The notes beneath the pieces were generated by a model that worked only from the letters and a program-made list of their open reading frames with translations, was not told where the DNA came from and ran no database searches. Positions 51,201 to 60,886 of a stretch of DNA of 64,000 nt are shown one piece after another; position 1 is the first letter of the stretch, and each line of letters opens with the position of its first letter. Location: contig NC_092670.1 in the NCBI RefSeq assembly GCF_964355755.1, forward strand, positions 37,188,388 through 37,252,387. The letters run 5' to 3'. The translations under genes and the position numbers were made by a program. The DNA comes from Antedon mediterranea. Taxonomy: Eukaryota > Animalia > Echinodermata.

Positions 51201-54174
51201 GGCTGTGTATGAAACTGGGTTATTATAAATTGTAATGTAATTTTAATTTTTTTTTTCGTTGCAGCTTATAAGCAAGGAACAAGTGAAAGTAAGATGTATC
51301 GATACTCTATTCATAGTAATTCCTTTGTATGTCTTTGGTCAACGAGCAAACTAATACGAAAGAAAAACCCTGGAGAAATTGATTATATATTTTCAAAGCA
51401 TAATATTATGAGGTACGAACAGTTTATTTATTAAATTAAGTTGTAAAGTTTAAATGGTTGCTTTAAACACTGTGAAACAGTGATACTGTTTATAAATCTG
51501 TATACCAACTATGGCAAATTGTTGTATTTTTTTACATCATTGATAGTGACTTTTTAATTGTATTTTATTGTAGTTTATATCAGCCTCTGCTTTTACGGAT
51601 TTTTTCGAGAGCTTTTCCAACTTTTGTAAGTCCTTGATTGACACCGAAGTGTTTAAGGTGATATTGTGAATAATGTTACCGAACTTCGGACAGCATAACA
51701 AAATTAAAATAAACTTCAGTTTAATAAAAACCGTTTGTGCATTCCTTGTCAATCAAGGACTTACCAAAGTTGGAAAAGCTCTCGAAAAAATCTGTAAAAG
51801 CAGAGGCTGATATAAACTACTTAATAAAACATTGTAAAACATTCGGCGTATTTCCAAAATGTATTTTATTTCATTATTTTTTTTTTTTCATTTTTAAAGA
51901 AATCCGTAAAACCAGAGGCTGATATAAACTACTTAAAAAATTGTAAAACATTCGGCGTATTTCCAAAATGTATTTTATTTTTAATTATTTTTTTTTTTCA
52001 TTTTTAAAGGAATGGAGATGGTGAAAACAGCAAGCTAGCGTTATCAGGAACACCTGTTCCCAATAAGATGAACTGGAATGAACCAAAGACAGCACTCTCA
52101 TCACTGCTTAACTCTGGCATACACAGAGAGGACAACCAGGCCTACCCGGTGTTCCACGAGTCAGCAAACGGCTTTCAAGGCAAGGACACGGATAAACCTA
52201 TGGAAAACTCCCAGGCAAGAAATACTGGAACTAGTGGAGACAGTTCAAATGCAAGTCCGGATACTAATGTGTGCGAAAGCAATCAGAAGCATGCCCTCTT
52301 GCATAAGCTGTTACAAGATGATGTTACAGCAGGTATGAAATCTCACTCCTAAAGACGATCAAACTATATTTATTAAAACGTCAAGAAACTCAACAGTTAT
52401 TTTAAATATAAGTGGTGTGCTGCCAACTTTATATTCATTTATTCATTCAACCATTTATTTCGGAATCTCTGGTTCATAGAATATAAACATAACATAAATG
52501 AATTAAAAATAAACAATACTGTACTGATTATTACTACCCATCTCGGGATGGCATTCCACCTGGAGAGCATCTTTGACTTATATAAGACGTTGCCTATAAT
52601 CGTTGAGACTAAAACATTTCACTTGAATTGAGTCTACACATCAGGCCATATATCGATTTTCTAAACAATTCATAACAAAAAGAAAATCTACATTCCGTAA
52701 ATATGAGGCAATGATTATATATAGATATGTGGATTATGATATTTATTGTAATAATTATATTATTACCTCTCCTTTTAGTTAAAGAAACACTCTTCAATTA
52801 AGTCTTTCTTTCTGCGGCATTAATTTTTACCCAACAACAGAAATCATGCATAATGCATGAGCATAATTATTTTCTATGTTAAAGATATCTTTTTATTTCC
52901 TAAATATAACTAAACCAACCCTCAATGATCTCCCTCAAGTACTAGAACCAATAATATGGAACATCATAAGCTGAACCACCATTCAGTCACAGAACTAGCT
53001 TGCATAAAACCGTTATAGCCCCCTCTATAAGGTCTTGATTTGTGCCATGATTAATGTCATGCTTTATTCATGTTCTTGCCTTGAAATGTTGAGAAAACAA
53101 TTTGTTTACCCTCTGGAAAAACAGAGATTAAAGGTATCTCTCTTCATTTTCCTCCATTAATACTATTATATACTTTCTCAATTTCTTTTTTTAGATGATA
53201 TTTCAACAGATTCTAATAGTAAATCACCTGGAATGTCAGTTAGCCGTAATAGAACGAAAGTCAATGAAGGTGATGAAAATGATAGTGTAACATCGGCCAG
53301 AGATGCGGAAAAACATAAACTTTTAGCAAAATTGTTGGACGGAGACCGTACAAAGTTTTTCGGTAGTGGGAAGCTGCCGATCGAACAAACTGGATTTGTA
53401 GCCAGTAGTATTGTGTCTACATCGAGTTCTGTTATTGAACGCACTAAAAGCGATTCATCAGATACGGAAGAAAATACTAAATCACAGAAAAAGAAAAATG
53501 TTCTTTTACAAAGACTTCTTATGGAAACTGATGTTCAAAACAATAGTACAGACAATGGGAATAAAGAAAACTCAACGACCAGTCCAACTGTATCCACGAC
53601 TACATCGTCTGGGCAAGTTCAACAACCATTTGATTTAGATTTTATCTCAACGCCGACCGATGAAGCGGAACAACACATGATAGTTCAAAAATTAATAGAG
53701 GCAGCTAGTAGTCTTTCAAATGATCTTATCTATAACCATTCTAATCTATTAGGCGATGTTCTTAAAGAAATTAGCGACGGGGACCTTTTACCGTCAGCAG
53801 ACAGTACAATACCAGTTCCTAATATGAATATCAAAACTCAGGTGCAATTTCAAGGCGGAATGCCGCCACAAACTCAAATAACCCGTGGGCCATCTCAGCC
53901 CAAAAAAACGGACAATGGTCAAACAAGACTTCCGAGTTCTAGTCAAAAACAAAAAGCAGATAAGAAAGCAAGCGGTATGAAGTCACCAACTATAAAAAAG
54001 ACGGGTCGCGGGAACAGATCTTCATCGTCGTCAAGTATGAATCAATGGCCGCCTAATATGGGCGGTGGCAATAATAACATAGCGTCACAAGGTGTCGGTG
54101 GCGTGCCACCTAATCAAGTTGCTCCTTTACGAGAACCAATGCAACCAAGCTCCACTTATAACAACATGGGTCCG
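42225..54174 (+). CDS. NCOA: p160/SRC nuclear receptor coactivator (bHLH-PAS, NCOA1/2/3-like); spliced CDS, 3'-incomplete: join(42225..42289,42857..43029,44818..44912,45745..45834,47662..47740,49022..49195,50409..50645,51265..51412,52010..52332,53195..54174)
   Basis: Ten exons with AG/GT boundaries and matching phases give an uninterrupted 788-codon frame. It contains KRRREQESAYIEELADLIS (p160 bHLH), [30 protein letters not shown] (p160 signature into PAS-A), LFCIARR...FTTNHDLSG (PAS-B) and four LxxLL motifs. Confidence 0.95.
42857..43029 (+). CDS. NCOA: NCOA exon 2, bHLH domain
   Basis: ttttttag acceptor; KPLGNKRRREQESAYIEELADLISSNNSNLDSWNVRPEERAKVEEVVKGIKQQKKQQ; donor GTATTG. Confidence 0.95.
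43087..43265 (+). mobile_element. MITE family A in NCOA intron
   Basis: Left TIR intact, right TIR degenerate; TAA TSD. Confidence 0.82.
44818..44912 (+). CDS. NCOA: NCOA exon 3, bHLH-PAS linker
   Basis: [31 protein letters not shown] resembles vertebrate [25 protein letters not shown]; donor GTAAGA. Confidence 0.95.
45490..45576. repeat. 18-bp tandem repeat, ~5 copies
   Basis: TACAGTTAATTAGCCATG units. Confidence 0.85.
45745..45834 (+). CDS. NCOA: NCOA exon 4, PAS-A start
   Basis: [30 protein letters not shown]; acceptor catag, donor GTGAGC; 90 nt, phase 0-0. Confidence 0.96.
45923..46140 (+). mobile_element. tRNA-derived SINE family B
   Basis: A box TAGCTTGGTGG, B box GGTTCAATCC; body ACTCCACTCCCTAAGCCTCAAATGAGACC...ATCCATCCTGTAATTGGCG shared with the 26855 copy. 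Confidence 0.82.
46208..46427 (+). mobile_element. Probable short degenerate Helitron derivative
   Basis: 5' TACTTATAAAACGGAAGTTCTGTCAGTGTGTT (repeated internally) and 3' GGTACTGGGTATGATTAACTAG|T. Confidence 0.45.
47290..47540 (-). mobile_element. CR1-group LINE 3' fragment
   Basis: Minus frame LSIRVPWHTRNRGLFNPPFGRINV...SLCYSYNKL resembles CR1-type ORF2 C-termini. Confidence 0.55.
47662..47740 (+). CDS. NCOA: NCOA exon 5, PAS-A
   Basis: DDLMGINVFSLIAQSDHQHFRSLLPL (PAS S1-like); donor GTAAGT; phase 0-1. Confidence 0.9.
47791..48002. mobile_element. Kolobok-like MITE
   Basis: TTAA|AGATGTATTGTCTCC ... GGAGACAATATATCT; a related TIR occurs at ~8540. Confidence 0.6.
48850..48974 (+). mobile_element. 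MITE family A, 47 nt upstream of NCOA exon 6
   Basis: TIRs present; TTA TSD. Confidence 0.85.
49022..49195 (+). CDS. NCOA: NCOA exon 6, PAS-A C-terminal part
   Basis: Poly-T acceptor; NYSSWMGNKRNHTSFELRMK...YIKMKCSA resembles p160 SW...SHTFNCRML...YETMQCFA; phase 1-1. Confidence 0.9.
49375..49912. repeat. ~31-bp minisatellite, ~17 copies, grown from a GTGTCCC-type MITE motif
   Basis: GAATATTAGTGTCCCAAAGAAGGGGTCCCTT; preceded by GGAAAGTGTCCC..TTAATA, as in repeats at 24850-24975, 41760-41835 and 44940-45140. Confidence 0.93.
50409..50645 (+). CDS. NCOA: NCOA exon 7, end of PAS-A and start of PAS-B
   Basis: QPSHLFCIARRMT...EMFTTNHDLSGNIL...LVGKNFFDLC...VRNHFDE; phase 1-1. Confidence 0.93.
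50980..51210 (-). mobile_element. 5S rRNA-derived SINE (SINE3-type); 5S head at 51105-51210
   Basis: Reverse complement ATACACAGCCATACAGCGTTGAAACACCAGTTCTCGTTAGATCACCGAAGTTAAGCAATGTTGGGTCCAGTTGCATTCTGGATGGGAGACGGCGGGTGCTGTGTAT closely matches 5S rRNA (box A, box C) but lacks ~10 nt; no oligo-T terminator, continues into a non-5S body. Confidence 0.85.
51265..51412 (+). CDS. NCOA: NCOA exon 8, PAS-B/PAC
   Basis: AYKQGTSESKMYRYSI...STSKLIRK...YIFSKHIIMR resembles p160 AYLNGHAETPVYRFSL...TKSKLFR...STHFLQR; phase 1-2. Confidence 0.92.
51569..51970. mobile_element. Penelope-like element N-terminal ORF fragment in inverted and duplicated arrangement
   Basis: ~70-bp inverted repeat (51570-51643 vs 51747-51820) encoding SIKDL.KLEKLSKKSVKAEADINYL..HCKTFGVFPK, resembling PLE ORF N-termini (RKFEKL..K..K.ELD..FL..C....V.PKF). 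Confidence 0.62.
52010..52332 (+). CDS. NCOA: NCOA exon 9, S/T-rich region with LSSLL and LHKLL motifs
   Basis: Poly-T/aag acceptor; open frame includes track ORF 52068; KHALLHKLLQD is NR-box-like; donor GTATGA; phase 2-1. Confidence 0.9.
52432..53050 (-). mobile_element. Degraded LINE 3' fragment (RTE-X-like)
   Basis: Minus frame ...FTECRFSFCYELFRKSIYGLMCRLNSSE...; AATAAA and (GAAT)n tail at the left end. Confidence 0.55.
53195..54174 (+). CDS. NCOA: NCOA exon 10, NR boxes (LAKLL, LQRLL) and Q/P/S-rich disordered region
   Basis: 980-nt open exon (track ORF 53233); HKLLAKLLDG and KKNVLLQRLLME; donor CCG/GTAAGT. Confidence 0.93.
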
Positions 54175-54836
54175 GTAAGTCAATTTTTTTTTTTTCAACA
54201 CTGCCCTCAAGATTCTGAAATGTTAAACAAAATTGTTAATGTTTATTGCTTTGTGTTTTAACTGAAATATGATTTGTCCCATTTATTTATGAGATTCATA
54301 ATATATAATTCTGTATTTATATAAGAAAAAAAAATTATTTTAATTCTTTATATGAATTGCATTTCAAGATTCTGCAAGCAAATATTTCAATAGCAAATTA
54401 GAAGAAGGGGTGATAATGCACTTTTTCACCACACTCTCTCTCTCGCTCACTTACCCAATTTAAAGATTCACCCGTTGCGCGGCATTGATGGTGAGTGACC
54501 GTGAAGTCTTATGCCCAGTTTTAGGTGCGAAACTGCAGTAGCGTTGATGTAGAGATGTAGTTCAGCCCATTAAAACCCAAACTGTACAGTATATTTTAAA
54601 GCCCCATTCCCTACGTTTTTTAGATCTAATTTAAGATCACAAACTATATTTAATGTAAAAATAATACTATATGGTCCTATTGCGATAACTTTTTTCGTCT
54701 TTAAACGGTTAAAAATGTGAAAAATAAGCCGATTCTAATAATTATAGCGGCCCGCTATAAATCCCAAAATGCATTGCGCGCGGATTGATATTTTTGTTTT
54801 TCACCTGTAATTCGCCCACTTTTCGATCGATCGTGA

Positions 54837-55929
54837 GGGGTGTCACGAAAGCTCAGACCACGAAAGCTCAGACCCCCTAAGACCTAAGATCACGAAAGCT
54901 AAGACCCAACACCTAAGATTACAAATACTAAGATATACTACAGCTTAAAAACAATACTTGTTTATCCATACATAATTTTAAACACAGTAGGTTTCATTTA
55001 TTACCATAAATATAATTTAATACTACCGCAAAACATAGATAAACTCACATTATTTTCGCCCGTTGAGTAAATGTATATTTTTTCTTTACAACAAACAAAC
55101 TTGACGGGTTGTTTGTTGGTATATATTTACTCCATTGTGTTGCTTCAGAGGATGTTTTTCTTACGCACCTGCCTTTCTTGTATTTTGACTCCAAATTTGT
55201 TGACTAACTTTATCCTGAACACCACACTTTAAAATTAGGACTTATAAGTACTTTCAGAAGGAGAAACACATAATAACAAATAAATAAATCCTTTAAATTG
55301 ATGATTTTACAGATGTGTTTCTTTGTATACTGTAATGACAATGTAACTCCTCGAGCTCCCCCCCATGCTCAATGTTTTTGTTTCTATAGAGCGCCAAAAG
55401 AGCAACAATAATAGTACAAGTATAAAAACAGAAAGAAAACGAAACAAAAAAACTTATCATGATTTTTAAATTAAAATTTATTTGCCAGTATTTATTTCTT
55501 TGTACTTGCATGATTATACTATTATCATTACAATTTTAATTTTACATTGTTCCATCCACACTGTAGATGGACTCCACAGAGTTTTCAGCCCTCTATATAA
55601 TTTTTGCTCTTTTTACGTTCCATAGAAACAAAAACATTCCGAACATGGCCCATGGGGTAGGCCTACTGTACTGTAGGCTAGTCATTTTGTGTGCGAGAAA
55701 AACGTCTGTAAAATCATCAATTTAAAAATGTATTTGTTACTTTTTATGTGATTCTTTTTCATGAAAGTGCCAATTCTAAGGTGTGGTATTCAGAATAAAT
55801 GTTGGGAGTTAAAATACAAGGCAGGTGCGAAAGATAAATATTTGTAATCTTAGGTGTTGGGTCTTAGCTTTCGTGATCTTAGGTCTTAGGGGGTCTGAGC
55901 TTTCGTGGTCTGAGCTTTCGTGACACCCC
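54837..55929. mobile_element. Mutator-like (MULE) element with ~90-bp TIRs, nested in the Kolobok-like element
   Basis: Near-perfect TIRs GGGGTGTCACGAAAGCTCAGACC...CCTAAGATTACAAATA; TSD GATCGTGA (8 bp, or 10 bp CGATCGTGAG depending on where the ends are placed). Confidence 0.88.
55164..55830. mobile_element. Long foldback element inside the MULE
   Basis: CGCACCTGCC...GGCAGGTGCG ends; imperfect inverted arms, e.g. TTTAAATTGATGATTTTACAGA / TCTGTAAAATCATCAATTTAAA. Confidence 0.65.
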
Positions 55930-56362
55930 GATCGTGAGGCCAAAACAAATGGAAGACTCCTAACTTTTCAGCGAAAATACCGGGTTTTCCCCAATTTGTA
56001 TCAACGGAGTCTGGCAAAAATAGAAAGACAATTCATGCAGCAACTATACAACGTCAGGATAGGTATATAGCTCGCGTACGATGTTCGTACGTTACCGATG
56101 TTTACCAGCTAGGCCTACAAAACTAAGCCTAGCTAGGCTAGGCCTAAGACCGTCCATGAGAGGTCGATCGCCGCGAGCTACTTAGGTAGTGCATTGTTTC
56201 TCACTTTTTATCATAATTTACCATAAAACGTACATTTAAGACAAGGAATGACATGGTTTAATGTTTTTAAAGTGATATATATGTATTATTTTCCAAAAAA
56301 CGTCCAAAATTGCAGGGAAGGGGTCTTTAAAATATTTCTTTTTAATTTCGTACTTGCAATTA

Positions 56363-56602
56363 GGAGTTGGATAGCCGAGTGGTTAGGACACTTGACTGTC
56401 GTACAGATAGACCCGGGTTCAATGCCCGACAACTCCCAGTTCACTCAGCTGTAAAATGAGTACCTGGTTGAAAATACTAGGGAGAAAAAAGGCGGCGTGG
56501 AAAGGAACTGGCCACCCTACCACATAATGCCGAGGCTTAGTACAATGAGCTCCTAACAGCTCATTCCCCTACGTTCAGAGGACATGGGACTCACCTTTAC
56601 CT
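56363..56602 (+). mobile_element. Full-length tRNA-derived SINE (CORE/Meta-like middle) with 12-bp TSD
   Basis: A box TAGCCGAGTGG, B box GGTTCAATGCC; CAGCTGTAAAATGAGTACCTGG; ACCTTT tail; TSD TACTTGCAATTA at 56351 and 56603. Confidence 0.88.
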
Positions 56603-58934
56603 TACTTGCAATTAATGAGGAAAAATGTGATTCAAACAAATCCAAACTGATTGAAACTAACTGTTTGTTTCTATTACTGTATTATTAAAAATGTATATCA
56701 TTTGTGTTTATGTATTGTACATCATTTGTGTTTCACAATATTCTTTACATTTATATGGGAAGTTTGCAAAGTGCAATATTTTAATTGTCTCCCTCTATAG
56801 TTTGTCATTTCCATTTAATGGTAATTTCTTGCTATGTATTTGGTAATAAATGGAAAATATTTGGAATAATATCATCTCAGCCAGTCTCCTTTTTCTTGTA
56901 TGATACAATTTCCTAATTTCAGTTTTCACAAGATTGTCTAGTTTCTTTTAGCTAGTTCCATGTACTGTATGTTGTTAATGATATTACAACCTTTTCTTAC
57001 GTACAAGAGACGATTAATTTAATTTTGATGTGGAAAGACCGTTTTAGTGTAGAAATTGTTTTGTACAAATGTTGTTAAAAATAGCAATTGTGTTGAATGT
57101 ATTAAATTTGTATTACACCTTACAATTACCACTGGGGTATGTTGAATAGCAATTATTCTCGCCATTTCCTCTTAAACTTTATCTTGTAGTCCACAAATAT
57201 TTTTCCACTATTTTAGCTTTTAATTTATTCATTTTTACATTTACACAATATCTTCAGAAAAGTTGGTACGGTAGACTGTTTTTTTAAATTCTAAGTAAAA
57301 ATATATCTGGTGAATTTTATTTCAGTTTTTGTTTGATTAAGGAATATTAATTAATATTAATTGGAAATTACAAAAAATAATAAAAGTATTTCAGTTGTAT
57401 TATAAACAGAAGTACAATAAAACAACTACCCAAGTTTTAATACCATTTTTGAAAGTATAGAATCTTATAAAATATTAAAGAACAAAAAATTATTATTATC
57501 ATATTATTATTTTCAATTTTTTCTTTGGTAGTTTTGTTAGTTAAATGTAATGTAACTATGCATTTGTAAAAGTACACTTACAAGTAAAATTTCATGACAT
57601 TCAATTTATTTAACCCAGATGTTAACGTGACCTTCGAGAGGTCAAATAAGGTGTTAGCTAACTGTGGACTGATGTTCAACAAAATGATATAATATTCATA
57701 CACACTGTACATACACAGCTAGATAATAATATTCTTACAGCTTTTCATATGCAACAAAAGTAGGGCAAGAAATTCAATCTATTTGAAGACATCCAAGATA
57801 TTAATGTCTCTGTGAGTGAGAGCGTAAGTTACACTAAGTTAGGGAGTCATGTCATGAAACTGTGCTAGGGAGTTGTGTACGACCTTGACGCAGTTCAGTG
57901 AATTGTGAAGCATGCTTGAGAAAGGAAAGTTTGTATTTGGAGAATGTCGACTGGATGATCAGAAAATGCTCGGATGAGTTCTTCATAGTAAGGCAAGTTA
58001 TTCCTTTCTTGGTATCTTTTTCAAAAAAAAATTATACATTTTAAATACTGTGTGTGTGTATTTAAAATATATTTTCTAATCTTTGAAAATTAATTTCATG
58101 TTTCAAAATTCCAATTGAGGAAATGTTGTAGTCGTTCAGGAAGGCTATTATTTCAAAAGTGCATACCTACAGGTTCAAGTTTCCAAAATAGTATAATAAA
58201 CAGATCGAGGTAATAGCTTACAAAAGTAGCACACTCCTTGCTGCACTCAATACAAACAATGTATGATAAACGTTCTTTTGCAACTATTTATTTATAAAAC
58301 ATTGTAATTTGTCAGTCATTAGGAATTTATATTTTGTTTATTTAAAATCTGTGCTTTATGTTTGTGACCTTTTCAGGTTTTAACATCAAGGTTTCTGTAC
58401 TGAATACAGTACTGTACTAAGTATAGAGGATTTTTGTGTCAATGCCGAACTAAATGGTACTAGGTACTTCACAGGTTGTACAAGTACACTTGATGACAAT
58501 TTAATTGGCATTTGGATAAGTTATAGCTTGTCCTAGTGAGTTACTCTATTAATTAATGTACATATAATGCTACTGGAATTAATTAATTATACGTGTTACA
58601 CTTACAGACACATATATGATTTAATATACTCTGACAATTTTATTTGAGGATTTACTTTTTGGAAATTGAGATTTGTAACAAAGTTGCTTTGCGAATGTTT
58701 TGAAAATTGAAATAATATAAATTGAAATAAATGTACAGTAGCCAAATTTAATATTCTTTAAATTAAACTTTAAATTTGATTTAAAAATAAAATCTAAATT
58801 AACTTATTGTAGAAAGTATAACAGTTTGGTACATATTGTATTTAATAATGTTTTAAAAAGAAATTAATTTAAAAAAAAAGTATTGTTAAAATTAATAAGT
58901 AAATGGGTGAATAGCATTAATTCATTGATTAATA

Positions 58935-59051
58935 TCTACACTATCAAACTTTATGTGTGACAAAAATGTGATGTGCCCATATTTGGGCATATCACTACCG
59001 TATTTAGGCACACATTTTTTGTCAAACTAGTTTGATAGTGTATACAGAGCT
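58935..59051 (-). mobile_element. MITE family A
   Basis: TCTACACTATCAAACT...AGTTTGATAGTGTATACAGAGCT. Confidence 0.82.
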
Positions 59052-60423
59052 TTAAATTTAATGAAACAAATATGTTGTATTCATTCATTCAGTCATCCTT
59101 TATTTTGGGAAAAAAAAAAAATTCTCCATAGTTCAGTAACAAATTAGTGTACATTATTGCAAATATAACAAATACACATATAACAAATACATATATATGT
59201 AGATATATAAAAAAATAAAAAAAACCTACGCTACATAGTCACGTGGTTAGAACAATAGCTTCATCCATCTACTATGTAGATTGTATTGATTGGGCGCATC
59301 TTGACGATTGAAATCCTCCATTTTCATGCATATGTGATAGTTGAAATTAAATAGATTAGCATTCTATTTTGCACCCCTTTTTATGTCCTTATTTGGAAAG
59401 TGCAGTTTCTGTCACTGTCTGAGAAAACCTGTGTCGACCGACTCCTTCCTGGTGAGGAAATTTGAATTGCAAAATCTAACATCCTACCACTAGTGAAACC
59501 GTCTTATTACTTGCGTTTTGACAACCAACTTGAACCAATTATCTTGTTTGAACTTGCTGTCGTACGTGTACTTACGTAAATTGGGGTGGCATTGTAGCCG
59601 GGTGGGTAGTCTGGTTCGATCCTCTACACCTGGTGAGGAAATCTCAATTGATATTTCCTGGCATCCTTCCTGGTACACCAGATATAGAAACAATCTTGTT
59701 ACATTTTGACAACCAACTTGAACAAATTATTTAATGTGAACTTTAGCTGTTGTATGGTGACTTATAAGCTGTTATTGCTTATAGTGGTCAATCTGAAGAT
59801 TGTGGTTTAGCTTGGACAGGGTTAATCCTGGTCACCTTAAGCTAGCTTGTTGTATTCTCATCAAAATGTAAAGAAAAAAAACAAAATGTTAATACATTAG
59901 TAAAATATTAATCAGTAAATTTATTCCAAATGTAGACCAGAAAATTAAATTTAAAATACTTTTTTACAGACTGAATTAGTTAACTTAAATTAAATCACAA
60001 AGTATCAATGTAAACAATTAACAACAGTACATTATATACTTAAATAAACAAGTAAATTTTATTGTATTAGCGTTGGTTAATTGTAAACATATATTTATTT
60101 GTATGGGTTATGTATTATATTATTTTTTATTTATTTTTGTTTTCTAATGTTTTTTATATGTTATATATTATATATTGTTATTTTAAAGGATGCACCTTTG
60201 TACTATATGTGTACCCCCGATCTAAAGGTGTAAATCCAAATAAATAAATGTATTTGAATAGTAGTAACTGTGAAAAATATCAAATCACACACTCGTTGGA
60301 ATCTAAATTATTCTTTGTGTGGAGGAACTCTCAACTGTGTGTAAATTAACTTTGACAGCTAATTATTAAAATGTGTGAATCAGAGTCAACAATTGATTGT
60401 CATTGTTACAATCGTACATTTTC

Positions 60424-60812
60424 ATTGGTCAGTCAAGGGTCAACAAGTTTATTTTCCAATTGAACAGAAGCTGTTAGTGTTTGTTAGTTAATTATGAATT
60501 GATTGATTGGTCATTGTCCATCAGTGATTGGGCCTTCATGATGTAGACTTTGTTAATGTTAGTTGATTATAGATTAATTAATTGGACAGATTAGCCATCA
60601 GTGATTGGTCGTTTATGATATACCTTGTCTTGTACAATCGTTTAACTTCTGATGGTTTAATTTACTAATTGGTCAAGTTTTGTATGAGGTCAGAAGTAAT
60701 CCAAATATAGCTGCAGGTCAAGTCCAATGACCATTAAATATTGTCCAGTTGAAAATTGAACAGTGTGTTATGTAATTGGTCATTAGCTAAGTACACTGTC
60801 ATTCAATTGGTC
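60424..60812 (-). promoter_or_regulatory. Candidate CCAAT-box (NF-Y) cluster in NCOA intron
   Basis: Six ATTGGTC plus ATTGGGC and ATTGGAC in ~390 bp, all in the same orientation. Confidence 0.35.
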
Positions 60813-60886
60813 AGATTGTCTAGTGTGTGCTTATTGACGAGTACAGGAATGTAAATGTTTAGTAGAACAATTGCTAATAGTAGTAA

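Larger units (their letters stand above)
54600..56326. mobile_element. Kolobok-like non-autonomous element (host of nested insertions)
   Basis: TTAA|AGCCCCATTCCCTAC ... GCAGGGAAGGGGTCT|TTAA. Confidence 0.75.

Noticed and set aside
51105-51210. Functional 5S rRNA gene
   Set aside because: Internal deletion after box C, altered termini, no oligo-T terminator and a SINE-like body; treated as SINE3.
53178-53638. Overlapping ORFs 53178-53444 (-), 53411-53638 (+) and 52078-52338 (+) as separate genes
   Set aside because: Shadow frames of NCOA exons 9 and 10.
59445-59760. Twice-repeated CCTGGTGAGGAAAT / TTTTGACAACCAACTTGAAC block as a structured RNA
   Set aside because: Simple degenerate ~185-bp local duplication, like those at 6040-6220, 16085-16520, 34950-35180 and 62045-62250.
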